This document shows, piece by piece, positions 1-12,910 of a stretch of 64,000 nucleotides of DNA. Location of the stretch: positions 14,347,787 to 14,411,786 of the forward strand of contig MU056000.1 in assembly GCA_013239625.1 (NCBI GenBank), given 5' to 3'. This DNA comes from Lama guanicoe. Its lineage: Eukaryota. The notes beneath the pieces were generated by a model. It made no database searches, had not been told where the DNA came from, and was given only the letters and a program-made list of their open reading frames with translations. Made by a program: the position numbers and the translations under genes. Within the stretch, counting starts at the first letter, position 1, and each line of letters starts with the position of its first letter.

Positions 1-937
1 AGATGCAGGAAACAGGGAGACGGTCAATGTAGAACGAGCTTAATGAGAAGAAATTTAGGTAAGAAAGAAACTTTTTAAAGAGAGTTTTCCAAAATTCTTC
101 TCATATGTTATATATGTATGATATAATCTTGATGTTTTCCCCTAGAAAGGTCTTTAGTTAAGAGCTAAATTATTATTAATGGCTGCTTGGAATTGCATTG
201 TCTCATTTTGGTTTGTTCCTGCTTGATTTTGTTGATGTTTTACATTGTTTTAGAAGCATCCATGTGTTGTACATCCTCTAAGTGGGGAGACCTTGGCTCC
301 AGCTATATTCAAGACGGTCAACTAATCCATTATTTGAATCAAGAAGAGTAGAAGTTGTAGCAGCCATTCTGACAAGTAATCTGTTTCTAAAAAATAACCT
401 TGAGTATTTTTAGAAATAAAGAATATCACCCCAATTTTCACCTCCAGCCCAACAGTATAATAGTCCTAGGGTGGTATTAAACAACCCTTCCTCCGCTGCT
501 GTCACCCCAACCTGCTATCAAAATATAATTCGAAGAACAAAGAGAAACCACAAGAAGATCATTGCAAAATCCTTGTGCAGTTAGAGGTTTGGACAAAGAT
601 AAACTCAGAGGAATCTTCTGCTAAAGAGGGTCTTTCTAATGAAAATATATTCTGGGATCATTTAAATTCAACATTAAGAATGAAGATGATTATTCAGCAC
701 CAGCCACTGCTTTCGGTGCTCTGATATGACAGAGAACAAACCAGACCAAGTTCTACACTTATGGAATTTTCTTTCCAATTAGAGAAATTCTAAACAATAA
801 ACAAATGCAGAAACGAGTATCTTGTAAGTTGCAGGAGGATATGGGTATAAAGGAGTAAGGCACTTGGTAAAGCGTGACAATGGAGTTAGTGGTGGAATTC
901 AGGGAACTAAAAGGAATGAGGCAGGGAGCCTTGCAGA

Positions 938-1262
938 TGTGAAAAACTAATTAAGAGAAACCTCAATTAAATAGAGTTGGGATACCAGAAGGGGAACTCC
1001 CCTACTTTGCTACCATAGCAGAGCCCCACAGGAAGAAGGAAGACTCCTCTTCTTTCCTGGCAAGAACTCAGCTGGTGAAGAACCATGACTCTTTGTTGAC
1101 CGTGGACCTCCCAACTGCCTTGTCCTCTCTGTAAAAGTGGCCCCCTTCCCTGGCGTGTGGCTCACCATGGTGGGAGACCCTGAATTCCAATTTCTTACTG
1201 ATTCTGGATAACTCCATCTTTGCTGGAGAAATATCTGGTGGCCTGTTTATTTCTGGTCAACA
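938..1262 (+). mobile_element. Solo LTR, probably ERV1 class
   Basis: Starts TGTGAAAAAC and ends ...GTTTATTTCTGGTCAACA (TG...CA termini). Flanks are caga/cagg, a 4-bp TSD with 3/4 match. Confidence 0.7.
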
Positions 1263-2232
1263 CAGGCCTGTAGAGTATGGTCAAAGCACACAGAAGTAGC
1301 AACAAGAGGTTGGCAGGTTATGAGAACATGGAGGAATTCAGGGTAGGTGGGGTATAAAGGAAAAAAAGGGGAGACTGATGCAAGGAGAGGAAATTGAGGC
1401 AGTGGATCACACTGACCTGGTATGCCAGGCTCAGGGCTTTCACACTTAGTGACCTTCAGGGTTTTAAAGAGAAGAGTGAACTGAATTGGGTTAACCCTTA
1501 GAAGGATTGTTCTGAGTGCAACAGCTTAGGGGAGGTCAAGTTAGAAGAAGGAGATTCAGTTTTTATAGCTCAATAGATGGGAAAACACTTTACATTTTGC
1601 TAATAACAGCATAACTAACCCATTTTAATTTTATCTTTCTAAATTACTTATTTTCTAATATTCCATGAAATTAATGGTTGCTGGAAACTCAGCTGAAAAG
1701 TGACAAAAAAGAAATGATACATTCATTTTGACTTGACAAATGGGAGAAGACAAAATGCTGCCTGCATTTCACTCAAGCCCACAATTGGAAACGGGAATTT
1801 AATGGAGAAAATGAGTTGTTCAGCTACAGATCTGAAAAACCATTTTGGCAGGGAAATCAGCAACTTTTCCAGAAGGAAAGGTAGCTGTGGAACTGTTTAT
1901 AAAAATAGAATAAGAAAAAGAAATATGTTTTAAACACCATTAAATTGGACCTGAAAAATAAAACCTTTTAAACATACTTAGATTTTGCTAAAATCATGTC
2001 ACTTGGAGAAAAGCTTTTTTTTCCCCTTAATGACTGGTTTCTTAGTACAGTACAGTAGAAGGGTATCTGATTTGATTTCTTTTCAACTTTCTTACATATC
2101 TTACACTTAAATTTATAGGCATAATACTGAAGCATAACTAACAAGTCTTCTATACTCATGTTTACCTCTGGAGCCATCAGTTCATAGTTCTTCCAAATAG
2201 GCTTACCAATTAAAGCACAAAACATCATTCTC

Positions 2233-2271
2233 TGATTTGACCTCTTTTTTTTTTTGATTTGACCTCATTTT
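2233..2271 (-). mobile_element. Poly(A)-only retrotransposition scar with target-site duplication
   Basis: TGATTTGACCTC (2233-2244), then a T run, then TGATTTGACCTC (2255-2266). The minus strand reads TTT/AAAAT at the right edge, matching the L1 endonuclease site. Confidence 0.6.
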
Positions 2272-4960
2272 AAATTATTTGCAGTGATAAACAAGACATA
2301 CCAAGAAAAATGAAATGTGACTAATTTCCCCTCAATTACTTCTAAAAAGCAACTTCACTCAAAAGCTGGAGGTGGAAAATATGCTTCTTCTTAATGCGAT
2401 TTTATTAAGATTACTTGTTTACTTGTGCCAGTCAAATTTGACCTTTATAATACAGTATTTGTTTAGATCTAGTGGAGATAAATTGAGTGCACTGATTCTA
2501 AATTGAAGATCTATTAAGTAATAAGTAGGATGTAGTTTTATAATCACCTTCAGGTTATAAACAACATTTACCACAAGATCAAAACATGTTGACTTAGAAG
2601 AAGCAAATGCAAATTAAAATGGGAGAGATTTTAGAAATGCAGTGAAGAAAATTACAAGCTCTGATGCTATTAAGAATTTTTAAATATGTCTAGTTTCTTT
2701 TGATTAACTGGTGATTATTATCTAGAATACTTATCCAACAAAACTTTTATGGCATTTCATGAAACACATTGAAGCATTTTTGGTTTAGTAGATAACAATA
2801 TTTAAGCCACAGGTATTTAGATTTCTTTAAGGAATAACTAGAATGATCACCAGTTTTTCCATTGCACTTTTGGTTTTTAATTTACTATTTGAAGTGAAGG
2901 AAAATAAATGTTTCTCCTCTGATGTCAAGTTTGAGGCCACAGGAAATGTGTGTGTGTGTTGAGAGTGTATGTTAATAGAACTGCTGCTAATTCCTCTGTA
3001 ATCCTACTTCATTATTTTATGCAAATAATTCCCAGAAAGGATCATCTTATTAAGAAGAATTAGAAAAAATGAATGTCATCAGTATAGGGTGGTATGTCAG
3101 CAAGCTGAAAAAGTATAACACTACATTAGAAATGAAGTCATAGGAAAGTTCTGTAAGATTATTTTATTATAAAATATTTTTTGGAAAAATTAATGTTGAG
3201 AGACAAAAGCAATTATGTGATGGTACTCCAATCGTGTTTAAGAGACAATTTAAATAATATGAACAGAAGGGTTCATGTCAAATACTTAGAGGTGTCTATT
3301 AACTATTCTTGAAATAGCTTTACTTGCATTTTGTATAAATATAAAGAGAAGTAGATTTTTAAACACTACCATTTCACTATTTAATGTAGCTTCTGTGAAA
3401 TATTTACTAAATATACCTGTTTTAATAATAAAATTTTAAAAACATTTGGAAATCTAAACTAACTCCATGTCAACTTTAAGATAACATCCAAACAATTTAG
3501 TATGTTATTCAAGGCTTCTGTGTACCTCCCTAGAATTGCCTTCTAAAATGTACAAGTAGTACCGTCATATTGATTAAAGTATAGTTTAAAAATATACATA
3601 AAAATATGAAGCTAAAAAAAAAGTTTCTATCTTTAAACTTTTGTTTCTCAAAGGAAAAATGCACTTTCTTGTCTTCCCATGTGACTAGTGGCTCAGACTG
3701 CTAAGTCCTTCAATCCTTCAATACTGCAAGCAAATAGAATCATACCATCCCAGGTGGAACTACTTAGCTTCTCTATATTGTGCCACCCTGAGCTGAGTAC
3801 ACACACCGGGTTCCAGAGTGCACTGTCTGACAATTATTTGTGTTGTAATAATCATTTTCCCCTTTTACATACTAAACATTAATTTATAATTATCCAATGA
3901 ACAAATCAATCAATAAATGATCAGTAGAGAGCTCTCAAATATTGTATGAGACTATTTCTCACACCTATGCTCTACATACTGGGATCACAATGTCTCAATT
4001 TGAGATTGGAAATGATCAGACATCCACCTCCGTTCTGAAGCGTCACTGCACGTGGCCTCCCATTTCTGATCCTGTAAATACTCTGGCAGAGTCCATGAAA
4101 ATCGAGAGCACTGGCTTATACTTTTGGATCAATTTAATTATTAGGAAAAACTTCCCTTTGCTGAAATCACTTCACTTTTGTCTCTACACTGCTTTGAAAC
4201 AAAATTTGAGACAAGGTTTTGCAGTTCAACTGGTTCCTTCAACACTGAGATATCTCCTTTATATACATGAGGGCATTTCTTAAGCATACCTGAAACACAT
4301 CTGTGATAGATATCCCTACGCAGTGTCCTTCCACTCAACAACTGAATTAATAGCCCTATCATCAATTTACTCAATTTGAACTCTAACCACAGTTTAAATA
4401 TCTGTTTATGAGTCTTACCTGTCTTACTTAAGTTTGGTCTTTTCCAAAGCTCCAGAAAAATACTCCATCTCTCTCTCTCTCTCTATTTTTCTATATGTCT
4501 ATCTCTCTTTCTATCCATCATCTATCTACTGATCATCTGTCTATTGAAAGAATCATTGAACAGATGAAGTCAGAGAGAAAATGGACAGAAACTGTAAGAT
4601 GCAGAAGAGCGTATATTAACTTTTTTAAGGCAAAATATGTTAATAGAAAACTAGGTTAATTTACAGTAAACCAAAGCATGAGCTTTAAGCACATATTCAT
4701 TCTTTAACTAAACATTTATTTCACAACTACTACTATGCCAGACACTGAGCTAGATGCTGTTGATAAATCAGGGAAAGAACCTCATATAATATGAAAAAAT
4801 ACAGTAATTGACCATGGAAGCATACATGTGATAAGTAGCTAGTGATTTTTATTATATTTCTTTCATTGCTACAGCATAAGTGTCATTCTACTAATGCAAC
4901 ACATTCAGGTCTTCTTGGGCAGGCCCTATGTTATTTCTGATTATCTCACATAAAAAAGAA

Positions 4961-5585
4961 AACAGTGTGGAGATTCCTCAAAAGACTAGGAATAGACTTA
5001 CCATATGACCCAGGAATCCCACTCCTGGGCTTGTACCCAGAAGGAAATCTACTTCAGGATGACACCTGCACCGCACCGTTCATAGCAGCACTATTTACAA
5101 TAGCCAAAACATGGAAACAACCTAAATGTCCATCAACAGGTGACTGGATAAAGAAGAGGTGGTATATTTATACAATGGAATACTACTCAGCCATAAAAAC
5201 CGACAACATAATGCCATTTGCAGCAACATGGATGATCCTAGAGAATGTCATTCTAAGTGAAGTAAGCCAGAAAGAGAAAGAAAAATACCATATGAGATCG
5301 CTCATATGTGGAATCTAAAAACTCATGGACAGAGAATACAGACTTGTGGTTACGAGGGGGGTAGAGGGTGGGAAGGGATAGACTGGGATTTCAAAATTGT
5401 AGAATAGATAAACAAGATTACACTGTATAGCACAGGGAAATATACACAAAATGTTATGATAAATCACAGAGAAAAAATGTGACAATGAGTGTGTATATGT
5501 CCATGAATGACTGAAAAATTGTGCTGAACACTGGAATTTGACACAACACTGTAAAATGATTATGAATCAATAAAAAATGTAAAAA
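4961..5585 (+). mobile_element. Young 5'-truncated LINE-1 (ORF2 C-terminus, 3'UTR, poly(A)), camelid-like
   Basis: ORF 4965-5318 is an uninterrupted L1 ORF2p C-terminus ([51 protein letters not shown]). AATAAA and an A-tail follow. TSD AAAAAAGAA at 4952-4960 and 5586-5594. Confidence 0.95.
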
Positions 5586-7618
5586 AAAAAAGAATAGTGT
5601 CTGAACAGTATTAATGAATCCAAAGTTGTTCTCGAAAAATTGTTAGATCAGCTGTAGCCAATTATAAGCAAAGAGACATTTTGATTGAAAAGAGTGTATT
5701 TCATCTACCTCTGTGATACTGTTTTTTCTTGGATTTCACCATTCAGTATTCAACGATCATCACTTATTCTCTATATTGACTGTTCTCCTGAAATTGCCAT
5801 TCACATGGCAATTTTGGATTTTCATATAAAATTTGACAAATATATTGAATTACACTTGAATGTCACCGTCCATCAAACAAGTAAGTAGTTGGCTTATCAT
5901 CACAAGCTTGGTCTGAACAGGAACACTGTGCATTCATGAATGGGAATCCAGAAATACTCTCCCACCATCTCCACCCCTAATTTAGTCTAAAATGTAAGGT
6001 CAGTTGGGACATTTTAATGTTTTACCTGTGCAAAGCACACTGTACGTGCAAGAAGAGAATAACGTTTATTTGTGAGATTTTGTATCAATCTCCCAGGTGT
6101 TTCTTCCAAAAAGCATTTGCTTGCGAGAAAATTAACTACAACTTGATTTAATTTGTAAGTTATTTCAAAACCTTTCTCAAGAGTTTCCAAGTCATTGATG
6201 CCTTAGGAAGGATTAAGTAAAATAAAATTAACTCACAGGAATTTTTCATATTTGTTTTCTAACTAAAAAAGTAGAGCCTCATGACTTCAGCTGCTTTTTA
6301 ATTAAAGCTTGTTTTTGTTGAAAACTATGTAAGCCCACATGTTTGTTACGATTTGTATTCATACAGTAGATATTAACCACTCTTGTAAGAAAATAAAAAA
6401 CTTTCCATCTCAAAGAGAAAGATGAGAATGGGGGTGTCGAGCAGGTGCAAAACACAACCAGATGGAAATTATTACCTGTTAGCTTGCAATCAGCGTCCTA
6501 GAAGAAAAGACTTCAAAAACATGAAAAGCTACAGTTTTCTCTTCCTGCTACACAAGGCTAATATTGCACTCCTGCACTTAAATACACATCTCAGCAGGTC
6601 TCCAGCTACAGGAGGAAAATTCTGATGATCATACCAGAAAACAGAATCACTGAAAAAGTTCATGCTGAAAAGCAAGGCTGAGTTTCTCCTTTTCCCCTAT
6701 TAGTAAGCAGCGGCAGATTGTTCAGGCATGTGAAATTAGCTTAAAAATTCAAAATGAAACAACAAAACTGAAGGTTCAAACATGTTGTGTTAAGATCAGT
6801 CCTATCATGGTGTAGACTGTACTTTTAATGAATCCTAAATCTAACCTGAAAATAGGGTCCGTGGTTATTACTGTAACTTCACTGTCAGCAGAAAGCTTAG
6901 AAAAAGTATTGTTTACCCCTCACCCCTCCCACAATGAAGCATGTAGAGATGGGGACTTCATTAGAAAAAAAGCGCAAGTGGAAAGGGTAAAATCATTTTT
7001 TGCATCCTTCTCCATATTGTATAAGAATTTTCAAAGTAATTTTGTTCCACATATTCCTGGGTTTATAGCCTCAGGAAATAATATCCATAAATATGTGGCT
7101 TTGTCACTAGCAAATATAATGCCTGCACTCAACTGGTTTAAATGGAGTCATTAGATGTATGCCCTTGAAAGTTTAAGAAATCACTTTTCCTAGCTTGTCT
7201 TGCTGTTTCTCTGTGGCTCTTTGTGAAAAATATGAAGAATATGAGAATTCTGTTCACGGAATAATAGAGATTCTTCAGTAATGATCTACAAAATGTCATA
7301 TTGCTCTGAATATCATCAGGTATTCAATAAAAAAGATAACAGACACTTCATCTACTTCTTTTAAATATAGAAAAACTGTTAATCCCTAAAATCAAGAGAA
7401 TTTTGGGATTCTAGAAATGTGTTTATTTGATACCCATGGTTTCCCTATGTGTGGCTGCTTAATATTGAATTGCTATCTGCTTAATAATTGTCATTTAAAT
7501 ACCTCCATTTATAATGAGTTTCTCTAAATTAACTCCCTACTATTGTTAACACTGTTTTAGGTGATTCTATGGAGGATATCAAATAACATAATATATAAGG
7601 TATATATCAAGATAGTGA

Positions 7619-7900
7619 AAACAAACTTATGGTTGCCAAAGAGGAAACAGGGTGTGCGGAGGGATAAATTAGGAGTTTGGGATCAACAGATACACACTAC
7701 TATATATAAAATAGATAAATAAAAGTTCCTACTGTATAGCACAGGGAACCATATTCAATATTTTGTAAAAGCCTGCAATGGAAAATAATCTGAAAATGAA
7801 AATGTATATATATATGTACATATATACATATATATGAATCACTTTATTATACACCAGAAACTAACAAACACAACATGGTAAATCAACTATACTTCAATTA
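7619..7900 (+). mobile_element. LINE-1 3'UTR fragment
   Basis: acaaacttatggttgcc...ctactgtatagcacagggaac...aatcaactatacttcaattaaaa, similar to the 3'UTR at 28440-28700. Possible TSD aagatagtga/aaaaaagtga. Confidence 0.85.
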
Positions 7901-8429
7901 AAAAAAGTGACTTCCCAAATAAATACATATCAAATGCAAATGTTAGACCATTTTAAAACCAATTTATGCTTTGTGAGAATCTCAAGACAATTCTCTAATC
8001 CTACATGAACAGAAGGTATTTATTCTCTACAATATGTCTGCAAAATTTATTTCTATACCACAAAGTATTTAATTGTGGAAATTACTACATATACTACTCT
8101 CCAATCATTATAGAGTACTTTATATTCTTCTTTAATATTGAAAAATGAGGAGCCACTGAAATTTAACTATAGGTAAATAACATATCTTTGCTTATACAAT
8201 CAAATATATAAATTCTATTTTGTATTCATATTCATTTTATGTATTTGTAGAAATTCAAATACTTTATTTTATAAAATATGTGAGGCCAACAGCTCACTGT
8301 AGTGCCACAAAACAGGTAACATTAAAGAACATACATGGGATGTATTATATAAAGAATATACATATATAAGGAAAACATATGATGTAGTTAAGAGTGGAAA
8401 AAGATGCTTCAAGGGTCCTGCATCAGTCT

Positions 8430-8807
8430 GGACAATGTGTCTCCCTGATCTCCACTGGGAGGAGTTTAATTGATCAGTACTCCCAGCTGCTGCACTCTGA
8501 AATCCGCCCCACGCTGATGCTCGAGGACATACTTCCTATGGTCCAGCCAATGCTGGAGAACAGGAAGGGGACAGAGGCATGCCTGCTTCTAAGGAAAACT
8601 CTGGCTCTTGAAAACTTTGCTGAAACTGAGAGTTTAGGATCTTCCTTCCCTCTCTCTTTCACAGGGTTTCCACCTGTTCCTCAGAGGGTGACTCTCCCCA
8701 GCCCATCCCCAGCTTTCCACTTTCCCTCATAGGCATTTCCCACCTAAAATCTCTTGCGTGTTTAATTCCATCTTGCCATCTGCTTCTTAGGGATCTAGAC
8801 TAACACA
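8430..8807 (+). mobile_element. Old ERVL-class LTR (LTR40-like, tentative); its 3' part is copied in the tandem duplication
   Basis: 3' terminus ...catcttgccatctgcttcttagggatctagactaacaca resembles ERVL LTR ends. The left boundary is approximate. Confidence 0.5.
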
Positions 8808-9327
8808 TGATGGGAAGAACTTCGTAAGAGTGAGTCATCGCGGACATGTTTTGAGCTCCCATTTAAGCTCCGTTCCATGCAGCTCGGTGTGCCAACTGCA
8901 GATGGGACTACACCTTCCCTGCGATGCTTCTAAGGAAAACTCTGGCTCTTGAAAACTTTGCTGAAACTGAGAGTTTAGGATCTTCCTTCCCTCTCTCTTT
9001 CACAGGGTTTCCACCTGTTCCTCAGAGGGTGACTCTTTAGGATCTTCCTTCCCTCTCTCTTTCACAGGGTTTCCACCTGTTCCTCAGAGGGTGACTCTCC
9101 CCAGCCCATCCCCAGCTTTCCACTTTCCCTCATAGGCATTTCCCCCCTAAAATCTCTTGTGTGTTTAATTCCATCTTGCCATCTGCTTCTTAGGGATCTA
9201 GACTAACATATGATGGGAAGAACTTCGTAAGAGTGAGTCATCACGGACATGTTTTGAGCTCCCATTTAAGCTCCGGTCCATGCAGCTCGGTGTGCCAACT
9301 GCAGATGGGACTACACCTTCCCTGCGA
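8584..9327. repeat. Direct tandem duplication: 341-bp unit (8584-8924) and second copy (8925-9327) with an internal 62-bp tandem duplication (8974-9035 / 9036-9097)
   Basis: Read directly. I counted 5 substitutions between the two long copies and none between the 62-bp units. Confidence 0.97.
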
Positions 9328-10542
9328 GAGTTTAGAAGACAACAATGAAAATGAATCAAAGGTCACCTTTAATCTCACATTGTGATGACTATTAGAGGAA
9401 CAGAAATGTGTACATAATCAACAACACTCAGACAAAAATAAATATCTATATTTGTTATTTTATGTGAAAATACAAAACATAAAGTATGCAGCCTCTCCGA
9501 GAGGATAAATCAGAGCATTGCTGGGCAGAGACCTCCAGAGACCCAGGGGTGAAAGAGGATATTTGAGGAGGCACAGAGAAGAATCCAGTCATGATAAAGA
9601 AGAAGACTTTTTATTTGCTGAGAGGAGCGTTTGTATTTTTGTTACTTGCCCGATAGGAAATGTGTAAGGCAGAGTGCTTTAAGCTGATACAGAAAAGTAG
9701 ATCAATATCTTTGAGGTGCCCGTTTGCAATCTAAGGAAAAGCATTGTGCTCAAAACAACCACAGCATGTCTTTCCATCTGAGGAAACCAGATTTCAGGCC
9801 AAAAACAGGGGCTCTAACTCAGTTTCATCTCATACAAGCTGTGCGAAATCATCTTGAATACCAGTCTCCTCAGTGAAACATACAGTTGCTCTGAGGATTA
9901 AAAGAGATCATATACAGAAAAATCCCTAAATCCTTGGCCTCTTTTAGAGCTCAGACGTACCCATACATTTGACTCTTTGCTAAGCTGGATCCCTACAAAG
10001 ATGAAAATTGATTCATCTGGTAGCAAAAAAGTACGAACTCAATTTGAGTTTTGGTGAATGGAGCTAGGATGTAATTTCTGTGGAGGAAGGGATTTATGTC
10101 AGTTCCATTTACTGATATATCCCAAGGACCTAGGGGAGTGCCTGCTACACTGATAGTGCCCCCAAAATATGTGTTGAATCAACAGAAAAACAAGGCATTG
10201 TCTCCCAAGTAGAAGAGTTTGGTTGCTAACTACCTCCTCCCTGACATGACTTAAGAAAGAGGTATCACTGGATTTGAAATATTAGAGAGAGAATTCTACT
10301 TGCAATGGTCCCGGGATAAACGCCAGGTACCTAATGATCATATTTATGTGGCTTGTGGGAGTTTTCAACATAAAAACGAGGGTTAGAGATTGAATTAACA
10401 AACGGAAGATGGTTTGTAATCTATCACCTCTCTCTATATATTTTTGAAGCTTCCTAGTTCACTGATATATTTTCTGTAGGACAAAGACAAGCATTTAATT
10501 GGATTGTTTCTGCCAAGTAAATGTTTTGTTGTCATTACCATT

Positions 10543-10762
10543 AATTTTTTATTGAAGTATAGGCTATTTACAATGTTGTGTTCGTATCAGGTATACAGCA
10601 AAGTGATTCAGTTACATACACATTCTTTTTTTGATCTCTTTCCATTATAAGTTATTACAAGATATTGAATATTGTTCCCTGTGCTATACAGTAAATCCTC
10701 GTTGTTTATCTATTTTATATATGGTAGTGTGTATCTGTTAACTCCATACTCCTATTATCCCT
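10543..10762 (-). mobile_element. LINE-1 3'UTR fragment
   Basis: tttttattgaagtata...tacagcaaagtgattcag...ttccctgtgctatacagta is the reverse complement of an L1 3' end. Confidence 0.85.
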
Positions 10763-11734
10763 AATCTATTAAGGGAGGTAGTATGAATTTGGTGTTAGCA
10801 AGTATGAAAATTAAGGTTCCACATACACCCCTCCCTACAACACAAGAGTGTGCCAGCTTTTTTTTTTTTAAATTGGCTTGCTACGAAGAGGGAAATTTGT
10901 GGCTCAGGAAAAGCTCTGAGTGAATGTAACTAAAAATGAAGAACTGGCTCAATTATACAACTGTGGGGGGGTGTGTATCGATATAGTTGTTCTCTTAAAA
11001 TCGTGTCCACACTTTTTTTGAACTTGTCTAGGCAATTTTCTATTTTCTACATTAAGTTTGATTTCGAATAAAACCTTTCATACACCATAATATATTCATG
11101 TTTTATATATATAGAATATATGTTTGAGTGGGTTCTGGTTGGCTTTTCCACAATTTTGATTTTTATAGCCTCCTATTTCACTTGGAGGAACAAAAATAAA
11201 AATAGGTTCTCAAATGGTGCATCTGTCTTATTCTGTAATTACTTACAGAGTGTTTTCATTTCAAGTTTCTATATGGCTCTCTTTCAGTGGCAAAGTTTGC
11301 TGCACGAACACACATGCCTTGAGTAGAATTTTTAAAAATCTACCAGATAAAACTTTTCTTTCACTGCTGCTGGGGCAGGGACTTCTCATTGAGCAGTGTG
11401 CTGAACTCGCTTCACAAAGACCACTCTTGTCAATCACCTGCATTTTCCGGTTCCGGAGGACTCCGGCTCTCAGCCTCCACACCACAACTCCATGTTACGT
11501 CACCCCTGTCTACACTTGCACAACGACTGGGGCCCAGATCGGATCTGACATCACCACCATGTCCTAAAATCGGTTTATGGATATTCAGTGTTCTCGGGAA
11601 GGAGAGGTTGCCCTCGCCTACTGGGGACGATCACAGTTTCCAACAGGCTGCTTCTAGATCAGTCAACTCACTCTATTGTCCCCAGTGGGCATTCCTGGAA
11701 AGACATTTCAGTACCACTCTGTTTAACCCAGTAA

Positions 11735-11870
11735 ATTTTTTTTTTTATCTTTCTGAGCCTCAATTTCCTTCATCTGTAATAATAATAACTCACCTGTTCA
11801 TCTCACAAAGCTATTGTGAAAATAACAAATAAAAGATAATGTGAAGAAAAGTTCTTTGAAGACAGTATAC
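11735..11870 (+). mobile_element. MIR SINE fragment
   Basis: tctttctgagcctcaatttccttcatctgtaataataataa matches the MIR core. Confidence 0.7.
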
Positions 11871-12745
11871 AAAGATACAGTGCTTTTTTTTTTTTTTAAG
11901 AAAATCTGGCTAAAATGTCTCTGAACTACAAAGGAATTCTATCAGAAAAGATATATTCATGGTGGAAGTTTTAAATAGAGTTTCTCTGTGATATGTAAAA
12001 TGCCATCTTCACCCAAATTTGGGCTTCCACTGAGCTTATTTTCACAATGCTGCAGTGTTTTGACACATCTCTTTGGTATAAATAAATTGACACATCATAT
12101 GTTGATGAATCATATCTTTTGCAAGACCAAAAGGGTAAATTCATTGTCTATCTACTTCTCCATCTCTGACACGAGTCAAAAACGCTCTACTTACAGGGAC
12201 AAAGCTTGTCAGCGCATCACCCTTGCTAACTTTTAAGAGCAAAATGTGGGCTTGCAAGTAGTGATATACCAGAAACTGCATTGCTAAGTTTTCTTAGTGA
12301 TTCATGTTACATTAACTGTATTGACTAAAAGTTAAGAAAACTATGAAATCTTAGACAATAAATGCTAAGGCTTTTTAAATTTATTGACCAAAGTAGTATT
12401 CTCCTCTGGACCACCATATTCAATGCTAATGTTGTATATGCTTTTCAGAATGCTTGTCCAACTTATGAACATTAACTCTTCTCTCAGAATTAATCTCTGT
12501 AAGGGAGAGGTCTAGCAGTCAAGTTTGAATACAATCACCTGGTTGTAGCTGATCAGTCCAAAAGTGGGCTCTTGAGAAATGCTAAAACCACAAAGGTCTT
12601 CCACCCTAAAAATTCTGAATATCTGCATTTGGAATTCAGAAACAGTCCCTATATGTGTCTTGAAGCATATGTGAGATGAAAATGAAACAGCTGTTTTTCA
12701 GTTTTGCTCCATTGTGTGGACAAAGAAGTAGAAATGGCTTGTTGA

Positions 12746-12746
<1 letters not shown>

Positions 12747-12782
<36 letters not shown>
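12747..12782. repeat. (AC)18 microsatellite
   Basis: Perfect dinucleotide run. Confidence 0.95.
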
Positions 12783-12784
<2 letters not shown>

Positions 12785-12910
12785 CTATTCCCCTCTTCCA
12801 CACATACACAGAGTTAGAGCAAGAGACAGTGAGAGCCAGGGTGAGACTGAAAGAGGGAGAGAGAGAACCATAGGTCAAACAGAAATAAGAAAAAAAGAGA
12901 CTGACTCTTT

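Noticed and set aside
3942..4374. 113-aa plus-strand and 77-aa minus-strand ORFs
   Set aside because: No recognisable homology, non-ATG starts, and lengths expected by chance in 64 kb.
4965..5318. 117-aa ORF as a host gene
   Set aside because: L1 ORF2p C-terminal fragment with no promoter or genuine start codon.
5600..7500. Repeat-poor stretch as a conserved non-coding element
   Set aside because: Conservation cannot be judged from one sequence and no distinctive structure is visible.
8584..9327. Repeats as a CRISPR array or LTR pair
   Set aside because: Eukaryotic DNA, head-to-tail units with no spacers, and the unit does not coincide with LTR termini.
11120..11832. Overlapping ORFs of 68-147 aa
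   Set aside because: No recognisable protein motif or splice structure, and the 147-aa ORF runs into a MIR.
12710..12725. CATTGT-n4-ACAAAG paired SOX sites
   Set aside because: The orientation is opposite to the SOXE dimer arrangement and short motifs alone are not evidence.
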